DNA from: Paramecium tetraurelia | Lineage: Eukaryota | Length of the DNA stretch: 64,000 nucleotides | NCBI GenBank assembly: GCA_000165425.1 | Contig: CT868652.1 | Location: 186,001 to 250,000 of the forward strand | Reading direction: 5' to 3' | Part shown: piece by piece, positions 40,800-52,807 of the stretch | How positions within the stretch are numbered: position 1 is the stretch's first letter | Layout: each line of letters opens with the position of its first letter | Notes under the pieces: generated by a model | Seen by the model: only the letters and a program-made list of their open reading frames with translations | Database searches by the model: none | What the model was told of the DNA's origin: nothing | Program-made: the position numbers and the translations under genes

Positions 40800-42504
40800 A
40801 TGTCTGCTTTAAAACAAATAATCCAAACTGCTCATCCACTCTCCACTAAACGCAAAATCGACACTACTCCCACCAGTCCAAATACTCCTGGGATAGCATC
40901 AGAAAAGAAATTCAAGCCAGTTTAACCCTTACATACTAACATCAATCTAAACAACAACAACAACACTATACAGAATATTATACTCAACTTTAAAAATAAA
41001 GCCATTAAAGAAAAAGAAAATGCTCCAATTTCAACAATGTCAAAATTTCCACTTTTAGTTGATTAGTTTATTAGATTGTTTAATTTGAGTAAAAGTGAAG
41101 TTCTTGAGGTGTAACAGTTGAAACAAGTATATTATTACAAATAATCCAAAATTTAATAAGATGGTTAAAATGGAGAGTATTTGTTTTATGCTAAAGATCA
41201 CATTAAATATCAATATGAAATTATTAACCTTATTGGATAAGGCAGCTTTGGTCAAGTATTCTAAGTGTTGGATCACAAAACACAAAAGACATTCGCTCTC
41301 AAAATTATCAGAAATCAAGAAAAGTTAAAAAAGTAAGCATTGGTCGAGGCAAACCTTCTGATGATGATTAGAGAGAGAGACCCATTAAACAAATCTAACA
41401 TAGTGAGAATAGAAGAATAATTTAATTTTAGAGGGCATTAATGCATAGTTTTTGAAAGACTAGAATGCAATTTGTTTGAACTTTTAAAACAATAAAAATT
41501 TAGAGGTTTAGATTATGAAACTTTGAGAAAATTTTCATATCAAATTTTAATCGCCTTGAATTATCTATAAAAACTCAATATTGTGCATTGTGACTTAAAA
41601 CCAGAAAACGTCATGGTATAAGATATGAAATCAAAAATAGTAAAACTAGTTGATTTTGGTTCTGGATGCATTGATGGAAACTAGGTCTACACATACATTT
41701 AAAGCAGGTATTCAATCTCTGATTAACACTTAGATATTATAGAGCTCCAGAAGTTATATTTGGATTGAAATATGGGATGGAAATTGATATGTGGAGTTTT
41801 GCATGTTTAGTATCTGAAATCCATACTGGATAACCAATCTTCCCTGGAGACAACGAAATTGAACAATTTAATTTAATTATGGAAGTTATAGGAGCACCAT
41901 CTACTGAATTTGCATTAAAATGTCCAAGAAAGAAGCATTTCTTTGATGAAAATGGATTGCCAAAAAAAACCATCAAAACCTATCGGAAACCATAATCAGT
42001 TTAGTTATAAGAAATTCTTAAAACTACCGATGATGACTTTGTCGATTTCATTTAGAGATGCTTTACTTGGGATGCTGAATCAAGATTAAAACCTTAAGAT
42101 GCATTGAATCACCCTTGGATTTTGTCTGTTAATCCTAGAGAAAATAGTTCAAAATTGAACAATAAATTCTTCAAAGATAACGACTCAAGTAGCGCCTTCA
42201 AAAAATCCAAAACCCAATCAAATACAATTCTGTAGGAATTTGAAAAAAAACTAAGTAAGGATAACATTTTTCTAAAATTACAACAAACTCGAACTTTAAT
42301 TGCTAATAACACCTTTGAAAACAAGCCAGGTATTGTTATCTCAATAAGTATTATTTAGTGCTGAGTAGCAGATATGTTAATGATAAGCCAACCTCATCTG
42401 ATAGAATAAGATCGAATATTGCCCACTCAATACACTAAATACTATCATGTAGACAACATAATGCAAGTAACACTTAGTTTATAAGGAAACCATCTTTAGG
42501 ATGA
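40800..42504 (+). CDS. DYRK-family (DYRK2-like) dual-specificity kinase
   Basis: [75 protein letters not shown]. Confidence 0.93.
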
Positions 42505-42560
42505 TTGGATAATTTCATGATAATCTCGGCAATTTATATATATATAAAACTAGTTATGAA

Positions 42561-43577
42561 TCAGTATTATTTTTATTCAAGTGAATTTTGTCTTGACCAT
42601 GTAGTGTTTCTTGTTTCAAATGTCTACTATATCTTTTTCAACAGTTAGGTATTATGTTTAATGTAAGGTCTTTCAGTTTTGAGAGTGGATTTACTTTTTT
42701 ATTTTTAAAGAACCAAATTTATTTCAGTAGTTAATTTTACAGCAGGTTTTAGCTTAGGAGATGAAATAAAAGAACATATTTAGAGATTTTATAGGGATAC
42801 ACAAGATTTGGTTTGAAAGTGGGTTTTGACTCTACTTTTTTCTTGTGGTAAGACATTTTGTTAGAGTTTACTTGATAAGAAATGACACATCTTTAGATCT
42901 AATCCTTTAAAATAGCGTTCTTTCTCTAACTATAGCTTAGATTTCACTTTTGGTTTGGATGTCAAGATTAATTTTGGGGGCGTTTTACAAGAAGGAGGTC
43001 TCTCCATATTATCATATTCTTTGAATAATAGTAATTGTATAATACCTATAAGAGATTCTTGTTTGGATAGCTTTTTAGATAGCTTTCTAGTTGTTTTCTT
43101 TCTTTACTTTCTTTCTAACATTATTGCAAAGCTTGCTATTGCCAGTTCTTATTTATTGACTTGCTTATGTTATTCGATTACTGTTGGGAGATTTAACATT
43201 TCTTTTGATGTCAATTGTCCAAACATTAATCCATAAGTTGATTTCCTTCTAGACTGTTGTTGTTGCCTAATCTCAGTGATTTTAGCAACAGCATTTTTAA
43301 GAGGTTAGAAATACCGTTTCTTTAGCCTTTCAATCAATGTCAAGGTCGTAAATTATTGATCGTCTTCCATTTATGGGATTCGACATGAAGGTGGAAGTGA
43401 CTTACTTTTTTATTTCTTCTTTTTTGGAAATACGATCTTCCTTTATTTGCTATGAGGTGTTGTAGATGTTTTAAGAATGAGATTTTAATTATCTCTTATA
43501 TTTCTAGGTGAAAAGAATGAGAAACCACTAAGTTCTATATAATTGAAATTTATACATAATTGAGTCATTGTATGCAT
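42561..43577 (-). CDS. Hypothetical basic low-complexity protein (K/S/Q-rich)
   Basis: Open minus-strand frames with short introns; ends ..TRNTTWSRQNSLEQKQY-TGA; exon structure approximate. Confidence 0.55.
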
Positions 43578-44997
43578 GTTTATTATTTATTATTTTAATA
43601 TAATTCTGAAACCTTATACATAAACATAAATAGATCAGTTTGAACTTTAGGAATATTCTAAACCTGATGACAATACTCTAGAAAAATCCATGAATTATAT
43701 TTAGCTATTTCAATAATTAACTCAAAAAATCATTATTTATTAATTACTTTTGGTTTATTAAATAAATTCATTTAAGTTTTTATTAATTCTTCTTTATGGA
43801 AATATTTGGGTCTATATGAATTTAAAGTTTTTCAGATTTGATATCAAATACTACGAATAATACAAGATCAATATTTTCAAATAAGTAAATTTATTCTTCT
43901 TTTTTAATTAATTACACTTTAGCACTCCATTTCACTAAACAAAGTAGAATCTTTTATGTAATCTAAATAATACTTAAAATAATTTATGATTAAATTAATA
44001 TACTTTTTCATCATCTAAGGAGCAATTAATAAAAGATGAAAAACAAAAATCTTATATTATAAATTTTGACTCTTAACTTGAAGCTCAACATTATGAATTA
44101 AAATTAAAAACAGAATGTTTAGTTAAGTAGATAATTCCTTGTAAAACAAAGTATATTTTTGAAATAGTCTTTGAGATCTCTAAATTATTTCAAACAGAAA
44201 TTCATACAAAAAACAAATTCTTAAATATTTAATAGTTGCTCAATTACAAGCTGATTTAAAGTTATAATTAGTTTGAAAGTTATAATTAACGCAACATCCA
44301 TAACACTTATGGCTGTTGAAAATAAAGAAATTTAAAATGTAACAATATACTCAGAAATTCATCCATTAAGCAAACACTTTAAATACATTTTAGTGGGTCC
44401 AGAAATTATAAAATATTACGAATACATTCACAAATTTCAGATTGAATAAATTTTGTCTTTCAAATTTAGTTTTTAAATGATATTATATTCTAACTGATAA
44501 TACTTAATATCTTGCAAAGTTAATCTTAATGTTTTGAAAAAGATCAAGATGCTTAATAATAATATCAAAATGAATGCTCTTTGAAATCGAATAAATAATT
44601 TTTAACTAAAATAACTAAATTTTTGATTTGATTATTAAAAGAGTAATTCGCTTTACTCTTTGTTTCAACATTTATTTCTAAATAAATTTTTTATTAACTA
44701 TAATTAAATTATATTTTAGTGATTATCATATTTAGCATATGAGAATCTAATTTTGTTATTAGTTCTTAATTAATTTTATTCCTTTTCTCTTTCAAGCTCG
44801 AGTTATTGAATAAAATTAATAGTTTAATACTTAACTATTTAAATCTATACTATCATAGGATATATTTAAAATAATACCTTATTTAAATTAACCCTTGTTT
44901 AATTTTATGAATAATATGTGATAAGGTTTGAATGAATAATATATTTAAGATAAACGAATTAAATTTAAATAAATAATTATAACAATTTCTAATAGGT

Positions 44998-47726
44998 ATG
45001 ATTGATGATTTAGAATAAACTTTGTATAATGACTTAAAATAAGCAGGTGTAATTTTTGTGATAAACTAGGTTCTTCTAGAATCTCAGATTCGTTTAGACC
45101 GTAACTGATTCACTTAGATATGTAAGACATACCTTTTAAGGAGAACTCTGAATCAGATTCAATACCATAAGTAAATTCAATACAGAACCTTCGTTTTAAA
45201 GATATTAGTATTTCGAAGAGCAAAAATAAAGATATGTATTCATTGAAGAGCTTCCAATATTAAAATAATTTCTTAGATAAAAACGATAAGCAAGGGCATC
45301 AAAGAAATAGTGGGATAACTAAAATGTTGGCGATCAACAATCTCGCAAAATAGTTTATAGAGAAATTAAAAAAGAAGGCTTATATATTTCCAAGTGTCCT
45401 TGGGGAGCAAATAAGAGAAAATTTAAGAGAGGTTATGCTCAAAAAAAAAAATTGGAAAAAGATAAAATAAATGCAGACTTCTGAAGAGAGTGTTAAAAAT
45501 TAGATTTTTAGAAAGCTGCCTGTCTTTAATCCTGCAAGTAAAGTGATGTTAATATGGGAATTTTTTAGAGCTCTTTAATTAACAATATTATTGTGGTGGT
45601 TGCCATTTAAGATAGCCTTTACTCCATCTTAGAGCAGAAATATTGATGCCTTTGAGAGTGCTTTAACTTACATATTTGCAGCAGATTTAGTAATTAAGTT
45701 TAATAGAGGTATTTTTGATTAAGGTAAATTGATAAAAAATAGAATTAGCATTTTGAAACATTACGTTTCAAATGAAATGCATGAAGACATAATATATTTT
45801 ATTACCTTAATATTTGTCATAAGTGATATAGGAATAAGAGCTAGTGGGTTTTAGGAAGTTATAGTACTGGTACAATTTGGTTTGAATTTTATTAAATTGA
45901 AGAAATACTTAACTAAATATGAAGAAACCTTTGTTGAATCTTCAATACTCACTGAGATAGTAAAGTTAATATAATTGATAATTATTACTTTTTATTTTGC
46001 CCATTTTATGGCATGTATTTGGTATTATGTTGGAGTCAAAAGTTCAGAATTGAATGAGATATCCTGGACTCAAGATCCAAAGTTTGATGATGCTGGTATT
46101 TTATCGATGTATGTGTATTCATTTTATTGGGCAACAACCACAATGGTAACTGTTGGATATGGAGATATATCAGGTAAGAATATTTACGAAGTATTATGTG
46201 CCATTGTGCTCATGATATTTTCAAGTGGAATCTTTGCCTTCTCTATGAATCAAATTGGGTCAATATTTACAAATATGGATGTCTAAAAATAACAATATAA
46301 GAGAACTTTATTGCTGATTAATGAATACATGAATAATAATCAGGTTGCAGAATAACTCCAGGGTCGAATTAGAAATTATTTAAAGTATCATTATCATAAA
46401 TAAGAAAAACTTTATAAAAATGAGATAAGTGGTATCATAGAAAAATTACCAACTACATTAAAATCAGAATTAATTCAAGATGTATAATTTAGAGTTATGT
46501 AATGCATTCCTTTTTTTAACAAAAACTTTTCAGAAGAAATTCTCCCTTAAATTGCTTGTGAATTAAATCTTTAATCGTACACGCCAAGAGAAATCATCTA
46601 TCAATAAAAGTAAATAGATGAGTGTAATATCTTCATTGTATGGAAAGGAGAAGTAAATTTAATTGATGACAACTCAGGGAAAGTACTCAAAAAGTTTACA
46701 ACTGGATAGTGCTTTGGAGAATTAGAATTTTTGACTAATCAAAAGAGATTAGGTACTGCAATCAGCTGCGATTTCAGTCAAATCTATTATATATCTAGGA
46801 ATTAATTTTTGAAAATACTGAATTCTTATAATAATGATTTTTAAAAATTTCATTTGTTGAAGGATTAAATTTTATTTCATTATCATTCTTCTACTATTGA
46901 GTGTTATTGTTGCCAAGAATCCCATTCTATTTGGAAATGTCCTTATATACACTATAAACCTGATTTAGAAAGAGTGATCAAGAAGAGTTTCTTTTAAGAT
47001 TCTTTTTAAGAACGCTCTTAATTCAAAAGAAAGGCAATTCGTTAAGGTGTTTATTATTAAGAGAGTCTAATGTAAAGCTCAAAGCATATCAAAACATCCA
47101 ATGATTTAGACAATGCGACTGGAGGAGATATCCAACAAATAGGATCTATAAATGAATCAAATGAATCAGCTGAAGAAAGTGTTAAATATGAAAAAAAAAG
47201 TGATTAGATTTTGACTTTGTCCTATGGTTTACCTAGTGAAAATAGGAGAATAAGTCAAAGATCAAAATTTATCCCTGCATCTCCACTTAGAACAGAATCT
47301 CCATTAAAAAAGCCCACTGATTTTCTTCGGTATGGTTAAAGACCAAGGAAAAGCTTTTTCTATGCTGAATAAAGTGCTTTTAATGCTAACTTAACAAAAC
47401 GTCATGAACCTATTTAAAAAACTGCATCTTTAGGTTAATAGTAGAATTTAATCAAATAATCATCTAATTACGAAAATGATAACAATCCTGAACCATTAAA
47501 TATAATAGAAGGATTAGATAAAATGATAATTTATTCTCATTATTTTCCAGATAATAATTTTGACAAGATCATAGAATCTTTCTTAAAATACATAAAAAAA
47601 TTTAGATTAAGTCGACAATATATGATTCCAAGCAAATATTCTTTTGTAAGGCTATAAAAATATGATAAAATGAAATCCTAATGGAAAAAACCACTTAGTT
47701 TTAAATAACATGATTTTATACGATGA
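44998..47726 (+). CDS. Cyclic-nucleotide-binding-domain K+ channel (EAG/CNG/HCN-like)
   Basis: S5 HFMACIWY, pore YWATTTMVTVGYGDI, C-linker RIRNYLKY..LPTTLKSEL, CNBD GQCFGELEFLTNQKRLGTA. Confidence 0.93.
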
Positions 47727-48068
47727 AATTTTAGATTTAGACAGTTGTTTAAATTGATTACCAATAAATTGTAAAATTAATATAATCATTTTGGAATTTT
47801 CATTATCATACTTTATCTATAAGTCTTATTTCAAATAAAATAAAAGAAATTACATAGAATATAAATATAAAAGCAGGAAAATTATCATTAATTGGTTAAT
47901 ATTTTTTCAAATATTATGTATATCTAAAGTTTCCCATTCAAATTTGTATATCTTAAGATTACTTTACAACAAGCATCATTAATTTTCATTAGAAATATAG
48001 ATCAACCAAATAAATCCCTACTTTGATGGGTATTAAATTTATATCTTTTCTTTTTTCTTAAGGTTTTT

Positions 48069-48330
48069 TCATATTTTCTAGTTTACATCGTTTGTATCAA
48101 ACCATCTGGTGCATCCTAGTTCCAAACATGAATATTCAGTTCCGATGTTACTATGGTCTCCATATTTATCTTATGGGATATGAGATAAATCTTTTGCTTT
48201 TATTCTAAATTCATTATCCTTTCTTGATTTTGTCAATTAAGTGCACCATTTGCTAACTATAAAAGCACTTTCCATATGGCTTGATCATTGATCTATTAGG
48301 TTGTGCTTGTTTGAACATAATTTCTTCCAT
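48069..48330 (-). CDS. Small hypothetical protein
   Basis: MEEIMFKQAQPNRSMIKPYGKCFYSQQMVHLIDKIKKDNEFRIK..CLELGCTRWFDTNDVNQKI-TGA; coding-like composition only. Confidence 0.45.
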
Positions 48331-48407
48331 AAGACTATCTGATAATAATAATAATGTATAATGCATTTTAAACTAAATAAATTAAAGATTTTATTTTTAT
48401 TTGAAAT

Positions 48408-48892
48408 ATGACCAAAAAAACAAAGAAGGTGGGAATTACAGGTAAATATGGTACCAGATATGGTGCTTCTTTGAGAAAAATAATCAAGAAATTTGAAATT
48501 TCTTAGCATCAGAGATATTTTAACACCTTCACCGGAGCTGTATGAATTGAATTAGATATTTAGCATTCATTGAAAAGATAGGCTATTGGTATTTGGAGAT
48601 GCACACAAACAGGATTACAAATTGCAGGTGGAGCTTGGGAAGTAAAGTAAGTGATTAATCTATTATGAGTACTCCAGCCGGTTTGTCTGCCAAATAGGGT
48701 ATGCTCAGAATTAAGAAATTGAAGGAAGATGCAGAAGTTGAAGTCAAAGATGAAAAGAAAGATCAAAAACAAAAGCAATAATAATAGCCTAAAGAATAAA
48801 AGGAATAACAACAAACTTAAAAATAAGGATAAAAAGGAAAATAATAATCATAAGGAGGAGACAAAAAGAAGGTGCAGGCAAAAAAGCAATGA
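48408..48892 (+). CDS. RPL37A: 60S ribosomal protein eL43 (L37a) with degenerate zinc ribbon and Q/K-rich extension, 145 aa
   Basis: [42 protein letters not shown]; introns 48540-48563 and 48647-48669 give a 3n CDS. Confidence 0.95.
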
Positions 48893-49101
48893 TATCAAAT
48901 ATATTATTTTACAGTACACAATAATTGCATTTACATTCAAATAACTTCCTTAATTATTACCAACTTACAGAATTATTATAGATTATATAATTATACAAGA
49001 ATATTATAAAATGATATTTAAATATCTGTGAATTTATTGATTTCTGATAATGGAGGCTTGATTTAAACAGTAATATAAAATTTAAATATATAATAATATT
49101 C

Positions 49102-52100
49102 ATGAAAGCAACTAATGTTGGAATTGAAGCGATTGAAATCTATTTTCCAAAGACCTATGTTAATCAAGCAGAATTAGGTACTAAGAAATATTTAGTTTTT
49201 AGAATTATTTGATAATGTTTCGTAGGGTAAGTATACCGTAGGATTGGGATAAGTGAATATGGCCTTTGTAAGACCTTTTGAAGACGTAAACACCATGGCA
49301 TTGACAGGTATATAGAGATCTCTATTATAGTTGTCACGAATCTATTAGAGAAATATTAAATTAATCCTGCACTAATAGGTAGATTGGAAGTGGGCACAGA
49401 GTCGTTGTTAGATAAATCTAAATCAACTAAAACTACACTTATGAGATTATTTGGTGATAATACAAATATTGAAGGAGTGACTTCAATAAATGCATGTTAT
49501 GGAGGAACCAATGCTTTATTTAATACTATTGATTGGATGTAGAGTGACGCTTGGGATGGTAGATTAGGAATTGTTGTCTGTACTGATATAGCAGTTTATG
49601 CTAAAGGATCAGCACGTACTACTGGAGGAGCAGGAGCAGTTGCGATGTTAATAGCTCCAAATGCAACTTTTACATTAGAACCAATTAGAACTACTTATAT
49701 GAAAGATAATTATGATTTTTATAAGCCAAACTTTCACAGCGAGTATCCTACTGTAGATGGTTAGTTGTCAATACAAAGTTACTTATAATCTATAGATAAT
49801 TGTATTCAATCCTATTTTAGGAAGAACAATAATATTAATGCTGACTTTCATTGTTTTCACAGTCCTTTTCATAAGATGGTTTAGAAATCATTCTTAAGAG
49901 TCAAGTTGAATGAATCATTTGTTCAAAAAGTTGAGACTGAATTCACATTTTAAAACTTCAATGAAAAATAATCACAAATGCTTAAATTCTATTAGAATGA
50001 TTGGTTGAATAAGGCTTTACCATCTTGTCTTTTGTCTAGAGAATTAGGTAATATCTCTACAGGAGCTCTATATGCAGGATTAGTAAGTTTGATTGAAACC
50101 TAAGATGATTTAATTAATAAAAGAATAATGATGTTCTCATATGGATCAGGCTGTGCAGCTTCACTCTTCTTTCTGAGATGCAACAAATCAACTGGAGTAT
50201 TGAAATAAAAGTTGAAACTACAAGACAGACTCAAATAAAGAATCAGAATACCCTGTATTGAATATGATCACATTATGTAACAACGAGAAATCAATTACAA
50301 TAAGAATAGCCAATAATATTAGCCAAAATAGGTCGATTTGTATCCAGGGACATTTTATTTGAAATCAATAGATGATAAATATAGAAGAGAATATCTTGTT
50401 CATAAACAATTTGAATTAAATTAAACTTCAGATATGATAGTAGTTGATAATTCTAAACCTATCAATAAGATCCAATAGATAAGAGATTAAATGACTAATA
50501 ATAATGGCAATAATGATTAAAGTACTTAATAATAATCTTAAAAATAATATAATTAAATATGGACTGGATTTTATAAAAAAACAATTTAATAACGTTTGGA
50601 TTAACTAGAAAAAACTATGAATGTAAACGTTGAACCATTTAAAGATGGAGGATTGTCATTATAGAATGCAAATTTAATGGTTGAAAATTGTATTGGAAAG
50701 ATTTCCTACCCTCTTGGTTTAGGATTAAATTTCATGATTAACGGTCAATGCTATTCTGTACCGATGGCAATAGAAGAGCCTTCTGTAATTGCAGCAGCAA
50801 GTGCAGCAGCTAAAACTATAAGCGAAGCTGGTACTGGGTTCTAAACATACTCAAGTCGTCCAGTAATGATGGGTTAAATATAATTGTTAGATGTTTAGAA
50901 CTTTTCAAAAGTTGAATGCTTAATAGATTCAAATAGACAAACAATTATAAATAGAGGAAATTAAGCATGTCAAAGTATGGTGAAAAGAGGCGGAGGAGTT
51001 GAAGATGTGAAATGTCGAAATCTAGGTAGAGGACAATGTAGTGTGGATATATTTGTTAATGTGTGTGATAGTATGGGAGCTAATTTAGTAAACACAGTTC
51101 TGGAATTTGTTGCTCCTTTGATAGCTGAGATTACTGGAACCAGAGTTGGAATCAAAATCTTAACTAATCTATGCACGAATAGAAAAGTAACAGCTTAGTT
51201 CTGTTTGGATATAGATAAGATGAATTACAAGCAGTTGACTGGCAAAGAAGTTGCCAAATTAATGATTGAGGCATATCAATTTGCAGATCTCGATATTTAT
51301 AGGGCAGTGACACACAATAAAGGAATTATTAATGGGATTGAGGCTGTGTGCAATGCTGCAGGACAAGATGCAAGGGCAGTTAATGCATCCTTACATGGTT
51401 ATGCATCAAATTAATGGATAATACAGGCCACTTTCATCCTATAAAATAGTTGACAATAGATTTATAGGTGAATTAACAGTTCCTATAAGTGTTGGAACCT
51501 AAGGAGGAGTGCTACCTTAGAATCCATTGTATTCATAGATTTTGTCTATATTGGATTATCCTGATTCTCAGAAGTTGGCTGAAATCATAGTATCTGTGGG
51601 TTTGGCTTCTAATTTTGCAGCATTAAGAGCATTGGCTGTTGAAGGCATTTAAAAAGGACATATGACATTGCATGCAAGAAATATTGCAATAGCAAGTGGG
51701 ATACCAGAACATCTGGTTGATGAAGCAGTTCTATTTATGAAGAATAGAAATAGTTTTAATAAGTAAACAGCTTTGGAGTTTCTGAAGGCTTACAATATAT
51801 TTTATGAGATTGGAAAGGCCAAAGGAAAGTAAATGAAAGCTTTCTGCACTTTTTCAGGGTCTTTCGATTTGATAGATACATAAGAAAAAGTAGATTTACA
51901 TGTTGTCTTTGAATGTGATTAAAATAAGATCAATTTAAATTATGCAGATGACTCTCCAATTAATAGACAAATATTTGGATTGAAAGGTTAAGAATGGTTG
52001 AAAGAATCTGGTTTTCAGTGTTGAACACAGTCAAGATTAATAGAGAGCCTGAATTGTATAAGTCCAATAATTTAACATCAAAATTAAAGCTTTTAGCTAT

Positions 52101-52796
52101 ATTGATCAATTTACTGTCCTTCAATATGTTAAGTCTTGATTTTGATAGATCTAAGAATTTCATTTTGAATCAGAAACCATGTTTGGGGGGAGCAGTGTCT
52201 CTGAAATATGGATTGTCCTTAATGAATGAATTAATTCACATCTTCGAATACAATATCGATTAGTTTATTGGGTTTCCTGAATTGAGATAAGCTCTGATGG
52301 CTGAATTGAATAACATCATTTTGGCACATATCAAATCATTTGAGTTATTGTAACAAGCAAAACAAGGTTAATTCAGTTGTGATGAATTCTTATGCACTAG
52401 ATAGAAACGATTGTCTTGTACAATGATGCTACTCTGTGATTGTATTTCTTTGAAGAATTTCAGTCCGTCGATAATTGAGGAGATCAAATTACTTGGAAGA
52501 GTCATTGAAATTTAGATGACTTTGACAAGGGACACATAAAAGTGGAATAAGTAAGATATTATTACTATAGTAGATCAACTCTATCCGAACCCAATGTGTA
52601 TACTTACTGGCTGATTGCTAATTAGAAACTGATACTTGGGGAGAATGGGGAGGTCTTAGCTTCATTTTATAATGAGCATAACAAACTGCTATTGTCTCTG
52701 GTCTAAGAATTGGAACAGAAGATTACTCCGTAATTAAGTCATCTCAAGGATTAAGCCATGAATGCTATTCAACTATTTTATAAACCGAGATTGTGA
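49102..52796 (+). CDS. Fusion: HMG-CoA synthase + class II HMG-CoA reductase + C-terminal helical domain, ~1200 aa; +1 indel at 51408-51410
   Basis: HMGS: LEVGTES, DKSKS, NACYGGT, FHSPF, FSYGSG. TGA-free linker 50400-50560. [57 protein letters not shown]. Ends ..FYKPRL-TGA. Confidence 0.88.
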
Positions 52797-52807
52797 TAAT
52801 TATATTA

